47,453 nt of DNA, taken from NCBI GenBank assembly GCA_027923505.1, contig BROI01000036.1, positions 186,001 to 233,453 on the forward strand. Reading direction: 5' to 3'. Below are positions 24,094 to 35,255 of this stretch, one piece after another. The first letter of the stretch is position 1. Every line of letters starts with the position of its first letter. The translations under genes and the position numbers were made by a program. The DNA is from Mayamaea pseudoterrestris. Lineage: Eukaryota. The notes under the pieces are model-generated. The model ran no database searches. It worked only from the letters and a program-made list of their open reading frames with translations, and was not told the origin of the DNA.

Positions 24094-25593
24094 TCAGCCA
24101 ACCCAAGCATGCCCTTGTAGAGCAGCAACTGGAAATGGGCGACGACGTTGCTGCAACATACGCTCACGGGCGCGTGAGCGAGCTTGCTCACACAGCGACG
24201 GATTCTCGTGAGCCAAGTGATAGAATATACAATCCAAATGGTTGCGTACTGCACCAAGCATTTGCAAGCCAGCAGCGTCATCTCCAATGTCCAACTTTAG
24301 GTATTTACGGCCCGCCATATTAAGCATTGGAATCGTTTGAAGGCTGCTCTTGAAGTTGGCTGTCCAAGGCTCAATCCGTCCCGATTGCAAGCGAATAGTA
24401 CAAACACTGTAGTTCGACTTGAGAGCTTCCGCAAGCCAAGGTGATTCGTTTAGTTTCGGAGCGTCGTCCGAAAGCGAGCTGCAATGCACCGCGATATGCT
24501 TGAGTTTGTCGTTATCAGGAGCAACGCATGCAGCCAACGCTTCATCCAGATCTGAAACAAACTCATGGACAAAGATTGTTAATGACTTGAGTTTTAGGCA
24601 CTGGGCGGCTGCCGATACTAGCTGGGCGATGGCACGATCATTGGCAAGCTCCGTTGCACGCTGATCAGCTCCATTGCCGACACGATGCTCAAGAATGGCG
24701 TCACGCCCAATGTGCATACGTTCCAAATGTGTCAGAAGATGGACACTCTGCGCCATCGTACGAAAAAAATCAGCCGTTTGCTGTCCTGGAAAGCGTAAAC
24801 CATGACATGTTAAGGATCTGATTCCAGAAGCGGTAATGGCAATTGCTAATGTCGACGGATCAGCAAATGAGATTTCCATCATACTGAGACAAAATATACG
24901 TGATGCAGCAATTCCTTGACAAAGTATCTCTTGCGACCGTTCCGTGCGAACGTCCAAATTCAAAAAATTAAAAGTGGCACTTTGCGTGCTACCCTGACCC
25001 ATGCTGCGCAGCAGACCCGCAATGGCAAAAGCTGCGTCGGGCAAGATGCTCGAACTGATCCCGTGGCTCCCTGCCAAAGTGACGAATTTCAAGGTGCGTA
25101 TCGAGTTCAAGGCTGGCAGAATCATTGGGTAACTCTCAGTAGGAATGACAAGATAGATATTCTCGAGCGACGAGTGGTCATTGAGGGCCGCATGGAGCTC
25201 GCGGAAGACTTGTTCATTTGCGAATCGACTCTGAAGATGCAAGAGTTTGATGAAAGGCATGTTTCGAAGAATAGTAGCATGGCGTACACTGAAAGTACTG
25301 TCGCCTCTAAAAGGGCCATAAATGCTTGCCGTCTTTGTCATGGCAGCCAATGTCGTGTACAGCAATTCCATAATCGGCGTTCGCAGCTCAAAGCTCGCTT
25401 CCAGGCGGAGGCCAGAAACGCGATTATTCTTTTCCAAAGCCTTGGCGGTCTTGTTCGCGTCAATCTCGCGCAAGTTAGAAAAGTTGTTTACAAAGACCGA
25501 GTCAATCACAAGCGCATGGATTCTTGATCCGTCACTTGTCACTTTCCGGATGAGCTCCTCGTGACCTTCATTTTCCTCCCAATTGATATCCAT
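24094..25593 (-). CDS. RNI-like/degenerate leucine-rich-repeat protein of a diatom-expanded family
   Basis: 499-aa ORF with LxxLxL-type units (IKLLHL, LENIYL, LKFVTL, LERMHI, LKSLTI) and C-terminal LNxAGRxYL...LDCIFYHL..NPSLC cap. Family assignment is from pattern recognition. Confidence 0.7.
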   Translation of the reverse strand: MDINWEENEGHEELIRKVTSDGSRIHALVIDSVFVNNFSNLREIDANKTAKALEKNNRVSGLRLEASFELRTPIMELLYTTLAAMTKTASIYGPFRGDSTFSVRHATILRNMPFIKLLHLQSRFANEQVFRELHAALNDHSSLENIYLVIPTESYPMILPALNSIRTLKFVTLAGSHGISSSILPDAAFAIAGLLRSMGQGSTQSATFNFLNLDVRTERSQEILCQGIAASRIFCLSMMEISFADPSTLAIAITASGIRSLTCHGLRFPGQQTADFFRTMAQSVHLLTHLERMHIGRDAILEHRVGNGADQRATELANDRAIAQLVSAAAQCLKLKSLTIFVHEFVSDLDEALAACVAPDNDKLKHIAVHCSSLSDDAPKLNESPWLAEALKSNYSVCTIRLQSGRIEPWTANFKSSLQTIPMLNMAGRKYLKLDIGDDAAGLQMLGAVRNHLDCIFYHLAHENPSLCEQARSRARERMLQQRRRPFPVAALQGHAWVG

Positions 25594-25949
25594 GATTGCT
25601 TGCTAGTGATCAGACTTGAGAGCAAAGCTACGCGGATGAACTTGAATCAAAGCAAGCGTGGCGAAGCGGCGGAGCGGAAGCGGAAATCAATGAGAGGACC
25701 ATGGCGACAATTCTGCGCGGACGGTTGTCGCAGCAGTACCAGAAGTTCAGTTTAGCTACGTGCGCCGCACCTAGCTGACAAGGCATCCATGGTCACTACT
25801 ATATTCGGCGGGAAACATAGCACCACCATATCAATGCAGAAAGAAGCTAATTAACATTAAAAACTTTCAAGCAAACAGTTTTTATATTTCAATCGTATTT
25901 CATACAAAACGGAACAGTGCGACTCGTTCGAGGCAGTTCAAAGTGCATC

Positions 25950-26800
25950 CTAGTAATCCCAAGCGTCTAAACACCAGCAAGTTCGTCATTTGGATCCAGC
26001 GTCGCGTATCAAGCTATATCGGCATTGAGCCCGAGCAAGAAGTCAATGGAAGCCGTCTCGAGGCCAAAGTTGCGAATCGTTGTAATATGCTTGAGCGCTT
26101 TCAAAAAGCAATGACGATTCGCTCACCTTGGGGATTGCCGGCGAGTCGAGTGACTTGCAGTAGACGTGAATTCCATCAAGCTCGCGGTTCTCTGGACAAA
26201 GCAAGCAGCAAGTGCATAGTCCAGCTTTGGAACATTCTTGTTCAGACCAAAAGTCAGTGACTTAAATTCATGGCATTGAGCCGCTGCCAACGCAGTTTCG
26301 CCACGACAAGATCGTCAACGAGCCACGTGGCTTCAGTGTCATGGTCGTCATCGAGTCCACCAGCAACTGGGGATGCACCAGCTCAGCGATTCCAATCGAT
26401 GCATGCTATGGATCCATGCGCCAGCGACGAGAAGAAAATTGCCGCTTCTTACCCGGCAAAGTCCAAGCAAATGAATGCAAGGCATTTACAGTTAATTGAT
26501 GCAGTCAATGCGTCCGTATCGGATCAGCAAATTTGCAGTCGCACAAGAGAAGGGTTTGAATGCTTGACAAGAGCATTGCAGAGGACATCTTGGGTCCCAT
26601 CCAAAGTTGAATCCCAGGACAAGAGCTCGAGCTCCGAGCCTTGCGCAAATCAGAGTCGCCATGACATGCATTACGGCCGCGCAGAGCGGAACGCCTAGGA
26701 CACAAGGATTGCGCAAGACGACTTGTTCAAAGGATGCTTCGAAAGCTACTTTGGAATACTATAGTAATCCATTGGAATGTCAGTAAATATGAATGGTTGT
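25950..26800 (-). pseudogene. Frameshifted paralog of the adjacent RNI/LRR-like gene
   Basis: Minus-strand fragments in shifting frames match 24094-25593 collinearly: TQDVLCNAL~SQEILCQGI, CKFADP~ISFADP, AAAQCHEFKSLTF..LDYALAAC~AAAQCLKLKSLTI..LDEALAAC, PENRELDGIHVYCKSL~PDNDKLKHIAVHCSSL. Several frameshifts and stops; boundaries approximate. Confidence 0.72.
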
Positions 26801-27594
26801 GGAGCATGTCGGCCAGCTTGCGCATGACATCTACCTCCCGTCAAGTCGCCGAGAAGGTTCAGTATCTGGAGATGCGGGCCTGCAATGATAGTAATGTTTT
26901 CCGTTGCACTTCCTGCTGCCTTTCCCCTCGTCTGAGGCTGCTTCCTCTGCCGACGGCCGATGACACCACAGTGCGCAGTGCGCCGTCCCGAAAACCAGCC
27001 ACTTATGTAGACAGTGATCGTGTTATGGTCCCTTTTTTAGCTTCTAAGCACTATCGAACATGATTGTCACTTCCAGTTGTAACTGTTCGAGAGCTCTGTA
27101 ATGGTGGCTGGATGCTTTCATCACAAAATCGCAAGTCATTTTTCGTGTTTATGTGCATGACGCATGCAGGGGTTAAGCATGGTAATCTCGCAGATTATTG
27201 AACAATCATTTCAGGCGTCATCATTTTCCCAATTCTTTGCAACTGTATAGCCTTGTCTCGCTCGTCATTTAAAGTTGACACCAGCTGTATCCTGCGCAGC
27301 AGCAAGCACGATTGATTCCTCGACACCAACCATCACACCATGCGGGCGGCCGATTGCATGCATTCACCTCCTCATCTCCTTTCAACGATTATCGGTAGAC
27401 CTATTGACACATTGCTATCAACTCATTCCCAAGACTCGATGCTGTAAACACTGCAATGACGCAAATGGTGCTCTCATGATTCGTGATGCAAACGTGCATC
27501 AATGTGCAGTTGCCAGGTGGCAGCTCACTAGCCATCGTCCATCAATCTCTGTCAGAATCTTCAGTTCGTAGTGAGCTGCAACATACTGCTAGCG

Positions 27595-28767
27595 ATGGTC
27601 TCGACTCGCTCAATGACTGCTGCCGCCGCCGCCGCCCTTTCTGTTTCGATATTGAACAGCACGGACGACTCATTGGCGACAGTCGCTCGTCATTCCGCCA
27701 TACTTCTTCCGGATCGACCGAACGAAACAAGGAAAGGTGAGCGAATCAAGAAAGCCGACAAGACGGAAATTATGATCTCATCAAATGACTGTATCGTCGG
27801 AAACACTTTACCCGTGGCGGCGGCGGTGGCAGCTACTGCTGCTATTTTCGAACCGAGGATCGTCGAACTCGCCATTTGCGACACAAATGAAGTCGCAACT
27901 ACGAGTACGAGTAACGCAACTGAGACAACGGCACAAGTCGAGTGGGCCAGGCAAACAGTGACAAAAACAAACGCTGCTTTTGGTGCTCTTCCTCCTGTAG
28001 ACAAGACGTTGAGCGACGACGCGATGCCGGTCACGCCTTCAGCCGCACTGAAACGGCCGAGTCAAGTGAGGCCAATCAATGCGGTTACTACAGACCCAGT
28101 TATTGCAAAGGAACCTAGAATTTGTCGGAATATAGATGCAGGAAAGACGGCAGAGGTTTCGAAAGCAGCTGATGTGATCGCTTTGCCCGCCCAAGAATTG
28201 AACGACGCGGCATGGGCCAATGAGACTACTGCTACTGCTACTGCCACTGCTACTGTTACTGCTACTGCTGCAGAGTCAGTAGCTATTCCATTGCGGCTTG
28301 CTCCACAGCAAGTAACATCATTGGATCAACTTGCTGATCCAGCATTGAAGGTTGCTTACGCGTCACTATCAGGTCTTGCAGTTGTTGGAGCTGTCTCCGA
28401 GTCAGCAATCATCAATGCAACGGATCCACTCGATGGGAAAGGCAACTTGCTTACGACGATTATTTCGCCAATCAAGAGCGCGATGACGACAAGTTCCATG
28501 GTGGATTGGCTGTACTGGTTCATGCGTGCCGGAGTGCAAACCATTTGCTTGCTCCGGTATGGTAACAAATTCTTCAGCCTTGCTGCTGCTCTTCTAAACT
28601 ACTTGCCGAATACGCCGATAATCATGTGGGCGGTTGCACTAAACGCGGTTTCTACAATCATTGGACGGAACGTTGCGTGGTCTGCATATATTGTTTGGAT
28701 CGCCATCTACTACACGCTTCCATTTATGTTGCCAAAGGTTGGATTCCTCATTTTGGGCTGCGAATAA
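27595..28767 (+). CDS. Hypothetical A/T-rich protein with hydrophobic (probable transmembrane) C-terminus
   Basis: ORF 27571-28767, first ATG at 27595 (MVSTRSMT...); Thr-Ala repeat at ~28225-28270; several hydrophobic segments at the C-terminus. Confidence 0.6.
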   Translation: MVSTRSMTAAAAAALSVSILNSTDDSLATVARHSAILLPDRPNETRKGERIKKADKTEIMISSNDCIVGNTLPVAAAVAATAAIFEPRIVELAICDTNEVATTSTSNATETTAQVEWARQTVTKTNAAFGALPPVDKTLSDDAMPVTPSAALKRPSQVRPINAVTTDPVIAKEPRICRNIDAGKTAEVSKAADVIALPAQELNDAAWANETTATATATATVTATAAESVAIPLRLAPQQVTSLDQLADPALKVAYASLSGLAVVGAVSESAIINATDPLDGKGNLLTTIISPIKSAMTTSSMVDWLYWFMRAGVQTICLLRYGNKFFSLAAALLNYLPNTPIIMWAVALNAVSTIIGRNVAWSAYIVWIAIYYTLPFMLPKVGFLILGCE

Positions 28768-29290
28768 ATTCGAGTACTTGTTTCGCTTGGAGTAAATGAT
28801 TGCAAAGTTTGCGGGCGCATAAAAGGGAGGAGCTGTACGTACCTTGCAGTAATTGTCGTGTACTGTCGTATTGCGATTCACATGTCTATCGCTTGTGAAG
28901 TTAACTCGTATTGTACCGATCCATCTGTTTACATTATTTACTTGTATCTAGCCTTCATCCAGCTGCTTGATCAAACGTAACTTTAAGTGGCATGGGTGAT
29001 ATTTACATGCATCGGCATAAACACATTAGCTGAAATGGAATCATAGTCATCGAGCTCCTTCTACGCGTCATTACTTGATATGCCCCGTCATCACGATTAC
29101 ATAAGCCTCGACAACCGCTCTGACGAGCCGCCATACCTTTGTGACGGTTCGTCGGCTTCGGCGAGAATGCGAAGTCATTTTGTTCTTCACCGTTCACACA
29201 ACTGGAGCCTGCATGAACTTTCGACCGGCGGTCATTAACATAGCAGCATCGAGTCTTCTACTGTAAGCATAACTACAGATTAATACTACC

Positions 29291-31360
29291 ATGGATGTCA
29301 ATGAAAGCATCGAACGCAATTTGCGTCAACTTGAAGGCGAGGAATCTACACGCTCAGTCATTCACGTCAAACCGCCCGGTGTCGACGGAATCAGTCACGA
29401 GGAAAGTCATATTGTCCCGGTCTACGAGCTGGCTCGCAACGCTCAGCTCTGGCAAGTCACGCAAATACCTCCTGGATTATTTTGGGACTTCTACGTGTCG
29501 CGATCAGGCATGGTGGTGCGACTGTCCGAGTGGACGGTCGCAGTATTCTTATTTGACTTGGAGGGCCAATTCACCTCTGAAAACCATATCCGCTTGGCAC
29601 CAAATATGAACGGAGATGAAAGTGATTACATTGCTGCAGGTCCAACTGTGTACGCATTTGATCCATTAGCAGTTGGTGGAGCGGGAGCGGTAGTTTGTCA
29701 GACGTTTGTATCGGTGTCAGCTATTCCGTTGGACGATGCAGCGTTGCATCAAACTCGCCTTGATTTGAAGGATACACTTCAGTTTCTTGTGTCGTTACCA
29801 AGCTTAGAATTAGATCAGCCCTATAATCGATATGTTTGGTTTCGTGGGACCGACGACTTCCAAACTTTGCGGCATATGAAGGATTGCTACGCGATAGAGG
29901 GCCTGCAAGAGTGCTTCGACAACGACGAATGGAACAACGGCACTGCTATATTTCAGATGGAATCTTTTGAGCCATCAGTGGAGCAATGGGCATTTATTGA
30001 ATCACTGGAGTTGAAATCCATTCGCATGGAATGTATGGCCTTTCCGTTTACAGTTCTACAGAACACAAAGGCGCTGTTGGCAGTTCTCTACAACGTGCAG
30101 ATGCAAGGCCCAACTACTGCGCATTCCACTGCTCCTACGACAACAAATACAAGCTTGCGGGTGATATTCGATAAAGATGCATTGTCTTTGGACACTGATG
30201 CAAGCGTTGACCAGCTCTTGGACGAGTACATGTCACTTTCACAGTCGATTCAATTCTATAGGGTTTCCATGTCGAATCGAGGATGGCTTCGTTTCTGGTC
30301 CTCGCCTGTTATGTCTCAAGACACGACATGCCAGCGACTCCTTTTGGAAGATTGGCATATTGACGGCGCACCAATGACTGCAGAGCACGCTTTGCTTATT
30401 CCCAACCGGCAATGGATGTTTTGTCTGATCAACAACGATGGCGTGAATGAAGGGCAGCAGATTGATGGCATTCATGGGCTCACGCTGTTTCGGATTCCAT
30501 GTTCTTTCACGACCGAAGAAATGAACTACTTTCGACCTGAATTGAATCCTTTTCTGGCAGAGACGCCTCCATTTGACTTTTCTCATCTTGCTCTCCAAGA
30601 GTTTCTGCACCGTCATTCCAACGATGCAAGCACGATACGCAATCTTTTGCAACACCATCTTGCAACCTTGGTTGTGCAGCCCCGATCCGCAGAAGCCATT
30701 GCCCATGATATGGAAACGTCAATCATTGAGCTGCGAGGCCATGTCATTGACCACCAAGCCATCCTCGACATTATTACAATGTCAAATCAAGAGCACCATG
30801 TAGAGCAGGCTCGTGACCAGATGGCGTTACTGTCGCAACTTGACGAAGAATGTCAAAATTGCATTGCTGACGACAATTCTCTGGATGCGCGTATGTATTT
30901 CGAATTGGGTAGTGTTGCGGATCTGTCTTTACAGGTTGAAGCGTTGCGTCAAGAAAGTCGAGAGAGTCAAGACGCGATGCAAGCGATGCGTCGAGAGCAC
31001 CAGGAGCAGCTGCAAGAGAGCCAAGACGCGATGCAAGCGATGCGTCGGGAGCACCAGGAGCAGCTGCAAGAGAGCCAAGACGCGACGGAAACGATGCGTC
31101 GGGAGCACCAGGAGCAGCTGCAAGAGAGCCAAGACGCGACGGAAGCGATGCGTCGGGAGCACCAGGAGCAGCTGCAAGAGAGCCAAGACGCGATGCAAGC
31201 GATGCGTCAAGAGCACCAGGAGCAGCTGCAGGCGCTGCATCGGGAGCACCAAGGGCAGCAGCTTGCCGCGCAGAATCGCTTCGCGCTTTTGGAGGCGCAC
31301 ATGGTAAGAGTGTTAGCAATGCTTGAGGACGGACGGGGTCATGGCGTCAATAATTCGTAG
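29291..31360 (+). CDS. Hypothetical protein (689 aa) with C-terminal coiled coil of 18-aa repeats
   Basis: Long intronless ORF, ACC-ATG-G start context, repeat ESQDAMQAMRREHQEQLQ x5. Confidence 0.75.
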   Translation: MDVNESIERNLRQLEGEESTRSVIHVKPPGVDGISHEESHIVPVYELARNAQLWQVTQIPPGLFWDFYVSRSGMVVRLSEWTVAVFLFDLEGQFTSENHIRLAPNMNGDESDYIAAGPTVYAFDPLAVGGAGAVVCQTFVSVSAIPLDDAALHQTRLDLKDTLQFLVSLPSLELDQPYNRYVWFRGTDDFQTLRHMKDCYAIEGLQECFDNDEWNNGTAIFQMESFEPSVEQWAFIESLELKSIRMECMAFPFTVLQNTKALLAVLYNVQMQGPTTAHSTAPTTTNTSLRVIFDKDALSLDTDASVDQLLDEYMSLSQSIQFYRVSMSNRGWLRFWSSPVMSQDTTCQRLLLEDWHIDGAPMTAEHALLIPNRQWMFCLINNDGVNEGQQIDGIHGLTLFRIPCSFTTEEMNYFRPELNPFLAETPPFDFSHLALQEFLHRHSNDASTIRNLLQHHLATLVVQPRSAEAIAHDMETSIIELRGHVIDHQAILDIITMSNQEHHVEQARDQMALLSQLDEECQNCIADDNSLDARMYFELGSVADLSLQVEALRQESRESQDAMQAMRREHQEQLQESQDAMQAMRREHQEQLQESQDATETMRREHQEQLQESQDATEAMRREHQEQLQESQDAMQAMRQEHQEQLQALHREHQGQQLAAQNRFALLEAHMVRVLAMLEDGRGHGVNNS
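30962..31231 (+). repeat. Coding 54-bp tandem repeat, 5 copies
   Basis: Unit GAGAGYCAAGACGCGAYG...GAGCACCAGGAGCAGCTGCA repeated in frame. Confidence 0.92.
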
Positions 31361-32646
31361 GGAGCCATCATCCATTGATGCAAAGACGATTTTCTATAAA
31401 AAAATGTTACATGATTAAACTGCATAGACTTTGTAGCGACGCAAATCGCGTATACTCGCAAGCTTCGCGTAAGTTGCGGCCGCGTCAATGCAGCACGAAT
31501 GCATAAAGTAGAACCAATGATTTCCAGGAAACAATTGCCAAAGAATACTGCCGTCGTTGTTCCTGATTCAAATCATAGCCAATGCAAACATTGCTCGTAT
31601 CCAGTATTTCCAAGTTGAGCACACTTTAATGATAGAAGAAGGAAGCTTGGTAATGACGTGCCGCGTGGAAGCCGCGTTGAACTAGCGCTGACTCAAAGGC
31701 CCTCCTCCTCGTCGCATGCATAGAGTAGGGCTCATAATTCCAATCTAGTCAAGGCAAGTAATATGGAGTTGGCGCTGCTAAAGTTCCAAGTGTAGTTTTG
31801 TCGTGCATGTTGCATCTTGTTGACCTTGATGGCTGGCCTTCTCCTCGCCCCAAGCTTCATGGATTGTTAGCTACTCCACTGAGAACGACATGAAATGACT
31901 CCTTTCATTATGAACTAATCGCATCGTCGCATCGTCGCATCGTCTTGCGAGTCAATTGAATGTTGGAGCCATGACAATACATGGTGACGACTGCCAATCC
32001 TAGCTCAGCTTGTCGTTTCGTTCGTTGAGAATGGACCTTTGTACGTTCCGTCTATTCCGATCTTGCTCAAAGCCATATGCAACGTTTTCGCTTGTGATTG
32101 TCGTTTCGATGCTTGACTGGCCGATGGCGCCGCAAGTCATTAGTCGTCGTTTGCAAATTCTGTCAGCATGTCTGATTCCGTCAGACGTGACACATGCAGA
32201 CGCACAAACCATGACGTTTCAAGTCGATTGTCTCATGATATCAAGTCGAGGTAAACGATCCGCTAGAGTACAGTACTTCCCAGCTTTGTGACTTGCCAAA
32301 AAGTCACGTCATGGCATGGTCGAAATTAATGTGCGGCGACGAACATGAGCGCCCGGAACGCTCGCTGATTTGTAGTAAAAGTCGTACCGGTACCAGATTT
32401 CATTCCCGCTAAATGGCAGAGATAAGTTAACGGCTTCCCGCTTACTTAACGCCATGCTTGTCACCAACTGCACGCATGCACAAGCTTTGTATGTTGTAGT
32501 CTGATGTTTAAATTTAGGTGTTGCCTTGGGGCCTGCCAGACCACTGCACTGAGCTTGATCTTGGATCATTTTGGAGCACATTGACAGCATTAATGGGAAC
32601 CTAACTGGAGCAGCCAAGTCCTGTTAGTCATGACCGTATCAATGTT

Positions 32647-33480
32647 GTAGGCCTCCAGGCAGTCCTTTTTGCACCATTTGAGACAATGCACCTGTCAATG
32701 GCACACCCTGGACAGGTATTGCCTGACTCATTGGGTATTTGGGTGGTCAGGGCATGGGGCGTTTAACAGGGAAGAATCTACAACTTGTGGTGTTGGCCAT
32801 ACCCACAGTGGAGGCCATACCCATGGTGTCAGCCTCCAGGCAGTCCTTTTTGCACCATTTGAGACTCTGCACCTGTCAATGGCATACCCTGGACATGTTT
32901 TGCCTGACTCATTGTGTATTTGGGTGGCCAGGGCATGGGGCGTTTGACAGGTCAGAATTGACAACTTGTAGTGTTGGCCATACCCACCGTGGAGGCCGTT
33001 CCCATGGTGTCAGCCTCCAGGCAGTCCTTTTTGCACCATTTGAGACTCTGCACCTGTCAATGGCATACCCTGGACATGTTTTGCCTGACACATTGGGTAT
33101 TTGGGTGGCCAGGGCATGGGACGTTTGGCAGGTCAGAATCTACAACTTATGGTGTTGGCCATACCCACAGTGGAGGCGCGCCGTACCCATGGTGTCAGCC
33201 TCCAGGCAGTCCTTTTTGGCAACATTTGAGACTCTGAACCTGTCAATGGCATACCCTTGACATGTTTTGCCTGACTCATTGGGTATTTGGGTGGCCAGGG
33301 CATGGGGCGTTTGACAGGGAAGATTCTGCAACTTGTGGTGTTGGCCATACCTACAGTGGAGGCCGTACCCATGGTGTCAGCCTCCAGGCAGTCATTTGTG
33401 CACCATTTAAGACTCTGCATCTGTCAATGGCATACCCTGGACATGTTTTGTTTGACTCATTGGGTGTTTGGGATGTTGGC
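32647..33480 (+). repeat. ~181-bp tandem satellite, ~4.6 copies (left arm)
   Basis: GCCTCCAGGCAGTC recurs at 32651, 32832, 33013, 33198 and 33380 (periods 181, 181, 185, 182); CpG-poor and TG/CA-rich. Confidence 0.93.
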
Positions 33481-33521
33481 ACCATTCTGGTGTATTTTGG
33501 GCACCTACAGGGCTTGCTGTA

Positions 33522-33916
33522 TGACAAGTCGCAGAGTGGCGAAGTCAAGAGCCCAAACCCTAATTAGCTTGTGTCGAGTCCGCAGCTGTCGTATGTGACA
33601 TGTGAATGAAGAAAGTGCGCAACCGTCGTGTGGATGCGTTGTATGAATGGAACGACTGATTACGACTGATGTAATGTGATTGAAAGAAACGGATTGATCG
33701 GATGATCTTCCGAGTGGTCGATGTAGCGATGTAGCAATAAGCTCACAATATAGAACTACAAGTTTGCAACGAGAGTGCAGTCATATTCGTGTAGTAGTGA
33801 GCGCAAGACTATTCGACGAGCCATCTCCATCAAGAGCTGTACAGACCGTGGCCAACGACCCTGTATCGGAGCTTTTTGGAGGTAAGACGTTGACTGCAAA
33901 ATCGTCAACGGTGTTA
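33522..33916 (+). repeat. 5' LTR (395 bp, TG...TA)
   Basis: Aligns end to end with 41660-42048; preceded by TSD CTGTA. Confidence 0.93.
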
Positions 33917-34013
33917 GATTAACATTTCAGTGCTTTGAGAGCAAGAACGAGTGAGGGAGTTATCGTGACACATTTGTCTGCAGCAAGTCCGATTCCTCTG
34001 ATCAACCTCCACC

Positions 34014-34604
34014 ATGGCGACGATTGATGTAACAACCTACAAGCGTGCCGTCGGTAAAGTCTTCAACATTCCGTGGCTCGCAGCATCCGCAACTTGGGAC
34101 CCAAACGTCCCTACCGCAGCATGCTTCGAAGCCAAAGAACTCATGACTGCGGAGGCGATGGCCGAGTTGTCGGAACAAGATGTGATGAACATTAAGACCC
34201 AGTACCATTGGTTGACGATACGAACAAGCCGATTGCGCAAGCTCATAAGTTGGATTCACGAGCAACGTCGGATGACTGCACAATGTCAAGACCTGGAGAA
34301 AGACCACATTACGAGCCGAGACCTACCAGTAGCACCGGGGTCACCAACCGCAGGCAACCGCAGTTTCGGAGACTTCAGCGTTATCGGAGGCAACAACACC
34401 ACGACAAAGCGACACGACATCAAGTTGGATCTGAAGACCATGCTGGAGTTCAAGAACAATCGCAAGTTCTGCTCCTACTGGTGGGCCTTCAAGAACCGCA
34501 TGCAAAGCGAGCGACTTGGCTACTTTTGGGACGACGAGTTCAAGGCACCAGCTGCACTCGAGCCCCCCAGTGACACAAAGGTCCTCGCTCTATATAAAGG
34601 CTGA
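34014..34604 (+). pseudogene. gag: Truncated gag-like ORF of the Copia element
   Basis: First ATG ORF after the 5' LTR; breaks at a rearranged, duplicated region. Identity inferred from position. Confidence 0.6.
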
Positions 34605-35255
34605 AACATGACTGGGGTGGAGTGTACACTACTTCGCGAGCCTGTCCTTGTCTTTGGACATCCACGAAGTTGTCACTCCCCTACACTACACCGCAGTCGT
34701 GCGATATTGAGTGCGTTAGATCCAACTGCAACACACGACTAAAGGAGTCCTTCGCTTTCGCGGTCCTACTCCCCGGAGTTCGTACTCCCAGGCGCTCGTG
34801 GCCTGACGTCAGCACTCGTGGCTTGACGCGTCGCGTGACTGCAGTTAAAGATTCGGCCCTTTTTGCATTGGGACTCGAACCCCCGACCACTGTCGAGATC
34901 AATCCCCGACGTACTCCACCAAACACGTGGCGACTCCTTACCCGCGATCAGCAACACGAAGTGTTTGAACGCCGTGGTACGAGTCGAGCGGCCAGTGCTG
35001 TACGTCACGTGTTTCAACCAAATATATAAGCCTGGAGTACCCGGGAATCGCACCCGAGGCATCTCGAAACGTAACTATACTACCCCAGTGACACAAAGGT
35101 CCTCGCTCTATATAAAGGCTGAAACATGACTGGGGTGGAGTGTACACTACTTCGCGAGCCTGTCCTTGTCTTTGGACATCCACGGTCACTCCCCTACACT
35201 ACACCGCAGTCGTGCGATATTGAGTGCGTTAGATCCAACTGCAACACACGACTAA

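Noticed and set aside
32647..33480. Possible CRISPR-like array or repeat-encoded ORFs
   Set aside because: Whole 181-bp units repeat with no unique spacers, no cas genes, eukaryotic context; ORFs shift frame between units.
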